Of a DNA stretch of 8,068 nucleotides, positions 1 to 5,979 are shown one piece after another. Under the pieces are notes generated by a model. That model saw only the letters and a program-made list of their open reading frames with translations. It ran no database searches and was not told the origin of the DNA. The stretch comes from Patescibacteria group bacterium. GTDB taxonomy: Bacteria > Patescibacteriota > Minisyncoccia > UBA6257 > HR35. The stretch covers positions 1-8,068 of the forward strand of contig JAMCWY010000002.1 of the NCBI GenBank assembly GCA_023480925.1, read 5' to 3'. Each line of letters opens with the position of its first letter. Within the stretch, counting starts at the first letter, position 1. Position numbers and translations under genes: made by a program.

Positions 1-102
1 AGGATTATAGAAAACAAAAAATAAGGCGAGTAAGATCGCCAAACCGGCGATAGCGAGATAACCGCCCGGACTTAAACGAATTGATTGAAAAAATTTTTTC
101 AT
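1..102 (-). CDS. 5' end (34 codons) of a membrane-anchored or secreted protein of unknown function; the gene continues past the left edge
   Basis: ATG at 102..100 (minus) opens a frame with no stop down to position 1: MKKFFQSIRLSPGGYLAIAGLAILLALFFVFYNP. This is a basic N-terminus followed by a hydrophobic helix. It is absent from the ORF track because no stop lies inside the window. A good sigma70-like promoter sits about 45 nt upstream. Confidence 0.45.
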   Translation of the reverse strand, partial: MKKFFQSIRLSPGGYLAIAGLAILLALFFVFYNP

Positions 103-147
103 TTTTTTAAATCTTAATCGCTAATAAACCTTTTTAAATTATACCCG

Positions 148-176
148 CATAATTAATAAAAATCAAATCTAAATGT
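148..176 (-). promoter_or_regulatory. Sigma70-like promoter for the left-edge gene
   Basis: The minus strand reads TTGATT (176..171), a 17-nt spacer, then TATAAT (153..148). It lies downstream of the terminator of the preceding gene and upstream of the ATG at 102. Confidence 0.45.
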
Positions 177-205
177 GGATAAACAAAATGTTTGTTTGAA
201 ATTAC

Positions 206-235
206 AAAAAAAGAACTCTCTTAGAAGAGAGTTCT
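206..235 (-). terminator. Rho-independent terminator of the glycosyltransferase gene
   Basis: A perfect 10-bp stem (212..221 AGAACTCTCT pairs with 226..235 AGAGAGTTCT) closes a 4-nt loop (222..225). On the minus strand it is followed by a T-run (plus-strand A6 at 206..211). The hairpin starts 31 nt after the TAA stop at 267..269. Confidence 0.7.
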
Positions 236-266
236 GTAAAGATTAAATTCTGGCCTCAATTTCACC

Positions 267-1811
267 TTATGGCCGGCGATAAATTTCAACTCGAGCCAAA
301 GGAAATTTGCCCGCCAGTTGGTAATATTTTTCGGTCTCGTTGTAAATTGATTCCGGCAAAAAATCAGGCGCCGGGCCAAAACCGGTCGAGAAAACAATCA
401 ATCCGTAATGTCTCTCTTGAATATCAATCCGAAGTTGAGCCAACCATTTTTGGCTAAACCGACCGATACGATGTTTCATCGTTACCAGCCCCATGACCGC
501 GTCAGGTTTAACCGATAAAACCGCCATCGGGTATAACTCGGTTAAAACCGGACCATGGGCTTGAGCGCAAATCGCGCTTACTTGATCATTCTGCTTCCGA
601 GCCTGATTCGAGGTTAAAACTCCTTCGGTCAAAGCCGGATGGCAAATTAGATGAGTTAAGGTTAAAAGAGGAATAATGGTTAGTCGAATCGACCCCTTAA
701 GATCGACTGACTCAGCCATAACCGCCAACTCAGCCAAGCCAAAACCAAACAGAATTTGGTAAATCGGCACGGCCGGCAACAATCGTTCTGGCGCCGGGCC
801 CCAGTGGACCAAAGTGGTCAAAACGCAAATCAAGATAATCGGGTAGGCAATCAGCCATTGATTGTTGTTTTGATAACGGTTTTGCCAGTGACGAAGAGTG
901 TAACCCACGGCGATAATTTGAATAAACAACGACCAAGTTATCAGTCTACCGCCATAATCTAAAAACGAATGAACCGCGGAAAAAGATTGTTTATTCGTAT
1001 CACTTACGACAATGAGCTGATAAACAATCGTGTCCTTTAAAAAAGCGCCGTTGGTTAAATCGTTTAAGCCCAAACTAACCAAGACCAAGACCGCGATTAT
1101 TGTCGCGGCCTGGAAAAACGCTTCTCGCCTATTTCGACCAAAGGTGTATAAAACTCCGGCCAGCCCAAACATCAAAAATGGTTGCTTTGTCAAAGTCGCT
1201 AAAACCACAAACGGAGCAAATAGCGATCGAATTCTTGATGAAGAATTTCCAACCGACCAAAGAGCCAAAAGAGACAAAAACAGCCCCAGGGCGTCCGCTC
1301 TGAAAATATCAAGATGCCGATGGTATGGCTCAACGCCAAACAAAAATAACGAAGCGATCAAGGCCGGTAGAAATTGTTTTGTTTTGTTCCAAACGACCAA
1401 AAATATAATCGCGGCGGAGCCAAAGGCTGAAACCAAGGAAACAAGCCGACCAATCCACAAACCCAAAGCGCCTGAACCGCAAAAGAACTTGATCGAAAAT
1501 TCAATCAAGGCGCAAACAGCAATGTAGAACGGTGGATAAGGGGAAAATGGTTGAACCGGCCTGATTTGACTCGGCCAACCATAACAGCTTTTAGCCGAAG
1601 CCAACCTGAGCGAAGAGATATATTCGAGCCCTTCCCATGAATCGGTCTCATAGGGGTAGTGAAAAATTTGCCAGGCTTGGTCAAGAAAAAAAACCAACGA
1701 AACAACCAAGGCCAAAACAATTACGCCCTCGGCGATCAGAAACGGTTTAATCCTTACCTTGGTCAAAAAAGACGAAACGGACCGAGGCTGAACCTGTTTA
1801 ACGCTAATCAA
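267..1811 (-). CDS. Polytopic membrane glycosyltransferase, GT-C fold (ArnT/PMT-like, GT39/GT83-type)
   Basis: The ORF is 514 aa with many hydrophobic helices. An acidic motif (YPYETDSWEG) sits in the first extracytoplasmic loop just after TM1, as in GT-C enzymes. A soluble C-terminal domain of about 110 aa follows. The start is TTG at 1811..1809, preceded by AGGAGA (1825..1820) about 8 nt upstream. The stop is TAA. Coding status is secure; the family call rests on architecture and motif only. Confidence 0.7.
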   Translation of the reverse strand: MISVKQVQPRSVSSFLTKVRIKPFLIAEGVIVLALVVSLVFFLDQAWQIFHYPYETDSWEGLEYISSLRLASAKSCYGWPSQIRPVQPFSPYPPFYIAVCALIEFSIKFFCGSGALGLWIGRLVSLVSAFGSAAIIFLVVWNKTKQFLPALIASLFLFGVEPYHRHLDIFRADALGLFLSLLALWSVGNSSSRIRSLFAPFVVLATLTKQPFLMFGLAGVLYTFGRNRREAFFQAATIIAVLVLVSLGLNDLTNGAFLKDTIVYQLIVVSDTNKQSFSAVHSFLDYGGRLITWSLFIQIIAVGYTLRHWQNRYQNNNQWLIAYPIILICVLTTLVHWGPAPERLLPAVPIYQILFGFGLAELAVMAESVDLKGSIRLTIIPLLTLTHLICHPALTEGVLTSNQARKQNDQVSAICAQAHGPVLTELYPMAVLSVKPDAVMGLVTMKHRIGRFSQKWLAQLRIDIQERHYGLIVFSTGFGPAPDFLPESIYNETEKYYQLAGKFPLARVEIYRRP

Positions 1812-1914
1812 GATTTAAATCTCCTTTCTTTTTGATAGAGAACCGCCTGCTTTTAATTTTAACCCAATTAGAAGAAAAAGAAAACATTCGATTTCCACCC
1901 GATTAAAAAAAATA

Positions 1915-1923
1915 TGATAAAAT
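1915..1923 (+). promoter_or_regulatory. Extended -10 promoter element for the aminotransferase gene
   Basis: TGaTAAAAT at 1915..1923 lies 32 nt upstream of the ATG at 1956. The only -35 candidate is weak (TTCCAC, 1893..1898). Confidence 0.35.
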
Positions 1924-1955
1924 AGAAATTTGAGCCAAAAAGACACCGACTCGTA

Positions 1956-2798
1956 ATGATTCACTTCGTTAAAAACAAATTTGTTCAAGATCGAGACGCG
2001 AAAATTTCCGTTTTCGATTTGACCGTTCTCCGCGCTTACGGCGTTTTTGATTATCTTCGCACCTACAATCAAAAACCGTTTCATCTTCACGATCATATTC
2101 TCCGTCTAAAAAAATCGGCGCGGCTAGTTGGCTTAGAACCGCGGTTGAGCTTTGATCAAATCGAAAAAATTGTTTTAAACGCTTTGGCTAAAAATATAAA
2201 CAGTAAAACCAAAAACGACCTTGGCCTTAAAATTATTTTGACCGGCGGCCAAACTACTGATGGCATCTTGCCCTCGAGCCGGGCCGAACTTTTGGTTTTA
2301 ACAACGATTTTTAAGTCTTACCCCGAATCTTATTTTAATCAAGGCGTCAAGTTAATTTCCTGGCCGCTGACCCGGCTCCTGCCTCAAGCGAAAAGTTTGG
2401 TCTATCTTAACGCCATCATCGGTCTGAAACAAGCTCAAAAAGAAAAAGCGTTTGAAATTTTATATCTCGATGGCGATAAAAATATTTTGGAAGCGGCGAC
2501 GGCGAATTTTTTCATGGTCAAAAATAAAAAACTTTACACGCCACCAGACGATAAAATTTTAGCCGGCGTGACTAGAAAGGTCATATTTGGTTTGGCGAAA
2601 AAATTAAATATTCCCGTCTTCGAAAAACAAATCAACTTCAACGAGCTGACTCAAGCCGAAGAAGCTTTTATCACCGCCAGCAACAAAGAAGTCCTGCCCG
2701 TCAGACAGGTGGATAATATCAAAATAAAAAATAATTTTGGTCCAATCACTGAAAAAATTCAAAAAGCTTTTTTTGATCTGGCTGGAAAATTAGAATAA
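1956..2798 (+). CDS. PLP-dependent aminotransferase class IV (branched-chain amino acid / D-amino acid aminotransferase family)
   Basis: The ORF is 280 aa. The N-terminus is typical of the family (ISVFDLTVLRAYGVFDYLRTY..KPF.L..H..RL..SA). The catalytic-lysine context is AKSLVYLNAIIGLKQAQ, followed by EAATANFF, ILAGVTR and EAFITASNKEVLPV blocks. The stop is TAA. Confidence 0.88.
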   Translation: MIHFVKNKFVQDRDAKISVFDLTVLRAYGVFDYLRTYNQKPFHLHDHILRLKKSARLVGLEPRLSFDQIEKIVLNALAKNINSKTKNDLGLKIILTGGQTTDGILPSSRAELLVLTTIFKSYPESYFNQGVKLISWPLTRLLPQAKSLVYLNAIIGLKQAQKEKAFEILYLDGDKNILEAATANFFMVKNKKLYTPPDDKILAGVTRKVIFGLAKKLNIPVFEKQINFNELTQAEEAFITASNKEVLPVRQVDNIKIKNNFGPITEKIQKAFFDLAGKLE

Positions 2799-2814
2799 AA
2801 TCAAGCCCGAATTT

Positions 2815-3291
2815 TTAAACCCGTCTTCTCGGTCCTTTTCGATAAAGATAGTTATAAATAATTATGGTGACGCTTGCAGCGATAACAACGCTGGCGGCGA
2901 TGTCAAGAGGCGAATGAACGCCAACATAAATCCGAGCGACGCCAATTAAAATCGCTAAAAGCCAAAGAATAACGCCGAAAACAATATTACTTGACGAAAC
3001 AACCGCGGCTAAACCGGCGGTTAAGAGTTCATGATCCGAAGGAAAACCATTATCCGGACCGTGCGAAATCAAAGGCTGAAAATGATACTGAACAAACGGC
3101 CGCGGGTCGAAATAAATAAAACCGGCGATCTTGCCAACAAGATAAATCAAGGGCAAGACGATAATGGCGAAGATAAAAAACTCTCGCCGTTTTGGCCGAG
3201 GCATAAAAAAATAATAACCAAAAAACAAAACCAAGCTAATTAAATAAAAATCTTTGGCGGCGAAGATAAAAAATTGATTTAAGCTAGTCAT
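2815..3291 (-). CDS. PAP2-family lipid phosphatase (BcrC-type undecaprenyl-diphosphate / phosphatidic acid phosphatase-like)
   Basis: PAP2 signature motifs are present: K..(x)..RP (KIAGFIYFDPRP), PSDH (GFPSDHE) and ARIYVGVHSPLDI (SRx5Hx3D type). They are embedded in 4-5 hydrophobic helices. I prefer the start at ATG 3291..3289 (MTSLNQ...), which overlaps the upstream TGA as ATGA. The track start at 3351 would add a non-hydrophobic 20-aa extension lying entirely inside the yvcK-like gene. Confidence 0.85.
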   Translation of the reverse strand: MTSLNQFFIFAAKDFYLISLVLFFGYYFFMPRPKRREFFIFAIIVLPLIYLVGKIAGFIYFDPRPFVQYHFQPLISHGPDNGFPSDHELLTAGLAAVVSSSNIVFGVILWLLAILIGVARIYVGVHSPLDIAASVVIAASVTIIIYNYLYRKGPRRRV

Positions 3292-4358
3292 CTTATTATT
3301 TTTAGTTGCCCCGTTCCCGCGGTCTGGCCTTGATTTTTTGTTTTCATCCAAATAATTTTTTCCAGAAATTTTGCTAATTTAATTTGATCGTGCCGGATCA
3401 GATTTCTTTTGATCAAAGAGTCGGATTTGACTTGATCGTGCAAACCGTTGGCCAACAAACGCCCGCCAAAAAAAATTTTATTTTGATAGAAAAATTTTTT
3501 TTGCTTGATCGAAACTGGAATCAAGATCGGCTGGGAATGTTCTTTTTGAAAATAACGTTTTAAAATTTTATCGGCCGGCGACTGGGTGTTAAAAACAACA
3601 ACGTCAATAATATTTTGACCAAAAAACTTTTCAATCTCATTAACAAAATCAAAAACATTGAAACCATTTGTTTGGCCGAATTTCGTCATCAAGTCGACAA
3701 TCAGAATAATTTTCGCCTTTGTTTTTTTTAGGCTTGCAGTTAAACCCGGGATTAAGGCCAAGGGGATCAAACTCGTGTAAATATTGCCTGGGCCAAGTAT
3801 GATCGTGTCCGCGTTTAAAATCGCCCTTTTGGCCAAGGGATTGAAGTGTGGTCTGGGTTTGATTGAAAATTTTTTTATCCCGATCGCCTCAATCACCTCG
3901 GCTGGCGTAATCACTCGTTCGCCGATCAGGCTCGCGCCGTTTTTTAAAACCATGACCAACTTGACTTTGTCCAAAGTAACGGGGATAATCTCGCCTTGGG
4001 TTTTAATAATTCGGCCAACCTCGGCAACACTCTTCTCGAACGAACCCGTGACTTTTTCCAAAGCGCTCAAAAAGATATTGCCAAAACTGTGGCCACTAAG
4101 ATTGCCTTGGTCAAACCGATAATTCATCAACTTTCGGATCGTTTCGGAAGATTCGGACAGTGCGACCAGACTTTGGCGAATATCGCCCGGCGGCAAAACT
4201 CCGAGTTCATCGCGCAAAACGCCGCTCGAACCGCCGTCGTCGGTCATCGCCACAATCGCTGTAAGATTAATCTGATCAAATTGTTTAAGCGCGGTTAGGA
4301 CAGTGTAAGTGCCAGTGCCACCACCCATAACAATGACGGCTTTTTTCTTCAACTTCAT
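3288..4358 (-). CDS. yvcK: YvcK/CofD-family protein (UPF0052; gluconeogenesis factor / UDP-sugar-binding morphogenesis protein)
   Basis: The ORF is 356 aa. The N-terminus carries family hallmarks: VIVMGGGTGTYTVLTALK, LTAIVAMTDDGGSSGVLRDELGVLPPGDIRQSLVALS and, later, ILGPGNIYTSLIP. AAGGAA sits 4 nt upstream of the ATG at 4358. The stop is TGA at 3290..3288. Confidence 0.9.
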   Translation of the reverse strand: MKLKKKAVIVMGGGTGTYTVLTALKQFDQINLTAIVAMTDDGGSSGVLRDELGVLPPGDIRQSLVALSESSETIRKLMNYRFDQGNLSGHSFGNIFLSALEKVTGSFEKSVAEVGRIIKTQGEIIPVTLDKVKLVMVLKNGASLIGERVITPAEVIEAIGIKKFSIKPRPHFNPLAKRAILNADTIILGPGNIYTSLIPLALIPGLTASLKKTKAKIILIVDLMTKFGQTNGFNVFDFVNEIEKFFGQNIIDVVVFNTQSPADKILKRYFQKEHSQPILIPVSIKQKKFFYQNKIFFGGRLLANGLHDQVKSDSLIKRNLIRHDQIKLAKFLEKIIWMKTKNQGQTAGTGQLKIIR

Positions 4359-4479
4359 TTTTCCTTATTATTTTAACACTATTTGGAAGACAAAATTCCA
4401 ATCGAATTTTTCTTCGTCAGCTCGCCGGTAAGATTAACTCAAAAATTAAACCGTTTAAAATTTACCGCCCCTAACGCCA

Positions 4480-4509
4480 TTGACAATTTTAATTGTTTTT
4501 GATTAAAAT
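4480..4509 (+). promoter_or_regulatory. Sigma70-like promoter for the Gmad2/GerMN gene
   Basis: A consensus TTGACA (4480..4485) is followed by an 18-nt spacer and TAAAAT (4504..4509), 35 nt upstream of the ATG at 4545. Confidence 0.55.
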
Positions 4510-4544
4510 TTAATCAAGCCTTTGAATTTTTAAAATTACGGCGA

Positions 4545-5390
4545 ATGGTCAACAAACAAATAGTGATTTTATCTCTGATCGGCCTGGCAATTTTAATTGT
4601 TTTTTTCATTCTTTTGAAAAATATCAAGCCTTCTTCTTTCGCCCTCGCCCCAACTACGACGACAACGGGATCAAATATAATTATCTTTTCGCCCAAACCG
4701 AACAGCTTGGTCAACGGCGACATTATTGTCAAAGGCGTTGCTCGAGTTTTCGAGAATCAACTTGATCTTCGTCTGATCGATCCGGCCGGCAGTGTTATTT
4801 TTAACGGTTCGGCCACGACCACGGCGACCAGCGCTGGTGCTTACGGGAATTTTCAAAAAACAATTTCTCTGCCTCTTGCCATCACCTCGAACCTACCCGC
4901 CACCTCGACTTTAATTCTTCAAGTTTTTAATTATTCAGCTAAGGACGGCCGCGAGATTGACAAAGTCACGATCCCGCTCAGATTTAATCTCGTCCAACTT
5001 GAAAAAGTCAAAATCTTTTTTAGCAACAGCAATCTCAACCCGGAAATTTCCTGCGCTAAAGTTTTCCCGGTCAAACGCTGGGTCAAGAAATCCCAAGGAA
5101 TCGATTTAATCGTCGAAACTCTGGTTAAACTTCTTCAAGGTCCAACCAGCGATGAAAAAATCGAAAATTACTCGACCAACATTCCAATCAAAACAATCAT
5201 TAAAAGCGTCGAGCAAAACAGTTCAACTATTCGAATTGATTTTAACCAAGCTCTTGACCAAAATATCGGCGGCTCCTGCCGAATCGAAGCGATTCGAGCT
5301 CAAATTATAAAGACAGTCGAGCAATTCCCCGGCGTCAACAACGTCATCATCTCAATCAACAGCCAAACCAAGAATATCCTCCAACCTTGA
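4545..5390 (+). CDS. Membrane-anchored extracytoplasmic protein with a Gmad2-like Ig domain and a C-terminal GerMN domain
   Basis: The ORF is 281 aa. The N-terminal signal anchor is IVILSLIGLAILIVFFILL. The Gmad2-like block is IIFSPKPNSLVNGDIIVKGVARVFENQLDLRLIDPAG...GAYGNFQKTISL. The GerMN-like block is KIFFSN...VKLLQGPTSDEK...STIRIDFN...GGSCRIEAIRAQIIKTVEQFPGVNNVIISINS. The stop is TGA. Confidence 0.82.
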   Translation: MVNKQIVILSLIGLAILIVFFILLKNIKPSSFALAPTTTTTGSNIIIFSPKPNSLVNGDIIVKGVARVFENQLDLRLIDPAGSVIFNGSATTTATSAGAYGNFQKTISLPLAITSNLPATSTLILQVFNYSAKDGREIDKVTIPLRFNLVQLEKVKIFFSNSNLNPEISCAKVFPVKRWVKKSQGIDLIVETLVKLLQGPTSDEKIENYSTNIPIKTIIKSVEQNSSTIRIDFNQALDQNIGGSCRIEAIRAQIIKTVEQFPGVNNVIISINSQTKNILQP

Positions 5391-5436
5391 AAATAAAACT
5401 TCGGCGCGATTATTTTTCAATCTACCTCAACTATAA

Positions 5437-5711
5437 TTAGTTTGATTTCGGTTCAAGTTGGATAATTTGGAAGCCGTATTTTTCAACTTCTTCCGGCGGC
5501 CAAAAAGTTTGACCTTTAGTTTTAAAAACGTAACGGACGACACCTCAACTTTTCGTCCGGCGTAACCTTTCTTGTCCTTATCCTATTCTTCCAAAACCAA
5601 AGTGTCGTTTTCGTTTATTTCTAAATCAACCAGACGTAATTCAAATTTTTTCTGGCCGGAAATTATTTTCTCAAAATATTCTCGCCAAACTTTTTTATGA
5701 ATTGTTGCCAT
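5437..5711 (-). pseudogene. Disrupted ASCH/DUF3850-like (PUA-fold) small protein gene with an in-frame TAG and a -1 frame break
   Basis: The frame from ATG 5711 reads MATIHKKVWREYFEKIISGQKKFELRLVDLEINENDTLVLEE, then TAG (5585..5583), then DKDKKGYAGRKVEVSSVTFLK. The protein-like continuation TKGQTFWPPEEVEKYGFQIIQLEPKSN-TAA (stop 5439..5437) lies in the -1 frame. The switch occurs at the T5A4 run at 5528..5520. The W.EYF..I.SG.K.FE.R motif and the LEE-[W]-D context match ASCH/DUF3850-type proteins as I recall them. Confidence 0.6.
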
Positions 5712-5860
5712 ATTTTATTTTTCTAATTCTTTTTTTAATAATGGAATAATTTTTTTTCATAATCAAATTCGGCCTTTCTGTCGAGATACCAGTAAATTTT
5801 ATATTTAATATTTTTTCCAATAGATTTTTTGTTTTACTATCAGTGACGACAAATCGTCTT

Positions 5861-5937
5861 TGGTGGACCCGAGCGGAGTCGAACCGCTGATCTCCTGCTT
5901 GCAAAGCAGGCGCATTAACCAACTGTGCTACGGGCCC
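5861..5937 (-). tRNA. tRNA-Ala (anticodon UGC), 77 nt, CCA encoded
   Basis: Minus strand: GGGCCCG-TA-GCAC-AGTTGGTTA-ATGC-G-CCTGC-TTTGCAA-GCAGG-AGATC-AGCGG-TTCGACT-CCGCT-CGGGTCC-A-CCA. The acceptor stem is 7 bp and contains the G3:U70 alanine identity pair. The anticodon loop is TT-TGC-AA, the T-loop is TTCGACT, G18-G19 are present, and the discriminator is A73. Confidence 0.95.
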
Positions 5938-5979
5938 CAAGCGTAGGTTTGGTCCAAACCGATTTGATAAAAATTTAGC

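Noticed and set aside
269-1720. Track ORFs overlapping the GT-C gene (269..457+, 730..936-, 756..962+, 1030..1527+, 1100..1303+, 1505..1720-), including a 165-aa antisense ORF
   Set aside because: These are shadow ORFs within or antisense to a long, coherent membrane-protein frame. Their products are K/R/P-rich and low-complexity, with no recognisable motifs or translation signals.
1815-2096. 93-aa minus-strand ORF spanning the divergent promoter region and the 5' end of the aminotransferase gene
   Set aside because: It overlaps the conserved N-terminus of the aminotransferase and the SD of the GT-C gene. It has no motifs, and its product is low-complexity.
3292-3351. Longer N-terminus of the PAP2 ORF (track start at 3351, MDENKKSRPDRGNGATKNNK...)
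   Set aside because: The extension lies wholly inside the 3' end of the yvcK-like gene. It is hydrophilic and unlike PAP2 N-termini. The internal ATG at 3291 forms a canonical ATGA overlap with the upstream stop.
3031-4298. Antisense ORFs inside the PAP2 and yvcK-like genes (3031..3243+, 3784..4122+, 3996..4298+)
   Set aside because: They are fully embedded opposite genes with strong family motifs. They show no SD, promoter or domain signal and are typical shadow ORFs.
4383-4401. Inverted repeat TTGGAA-N7-TTCCAA in the yvcK/GerMN divergent region, considered as an operator
   Set aside because: The half-sites are only 6 bp, so chance occurrence is plausible in AT-rich DNA. No regulator gene is nearby and no second copy exists in the window.
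5583-5585. In-frame TAG read as a sense codon (pyrrolysine or stop-codon reassignment)
   Set aside because: There is only a single instance, and a frame break in the same small gene points to decay or assembly error. No other gene in the window has an in-frame TAG and no Pyl machinery is visible. This small sample cannot formally exclude it, because no gene here ends in TAG either.
5712-5860. AT-rich 149-bp spacer between the tRNA 3' end and the ASCH-like remnant, considered as scar of an integrated element
   Set aside because: I found no direct repeat of the tRNA 3' end (att-like) anywhere in 5391..5860 and no integrase or recombinase gene. The only ORF is a 21-codon K-rich artefact.
5695-5940. 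81-aa ORF from the track (MGPVAQLVNAPALQAGDQRFDSARVH...)
   Set aside because: Its N-terminal third is just a translation of the tRNA-Ala gene on the same strand. The rest is a low-complexity AT-rich spacer rich in K, I and N. It is a spurious ORF.
5946-5960. Small palindrome GGTTTG-gtc-CAAACC between the M23 stop and the tRNA
   Set aside because: The stem is only 6 bp with a 3-nt loop and no following U-tract, so it is not a convincing terminator. It may at most be a processing or stability element.
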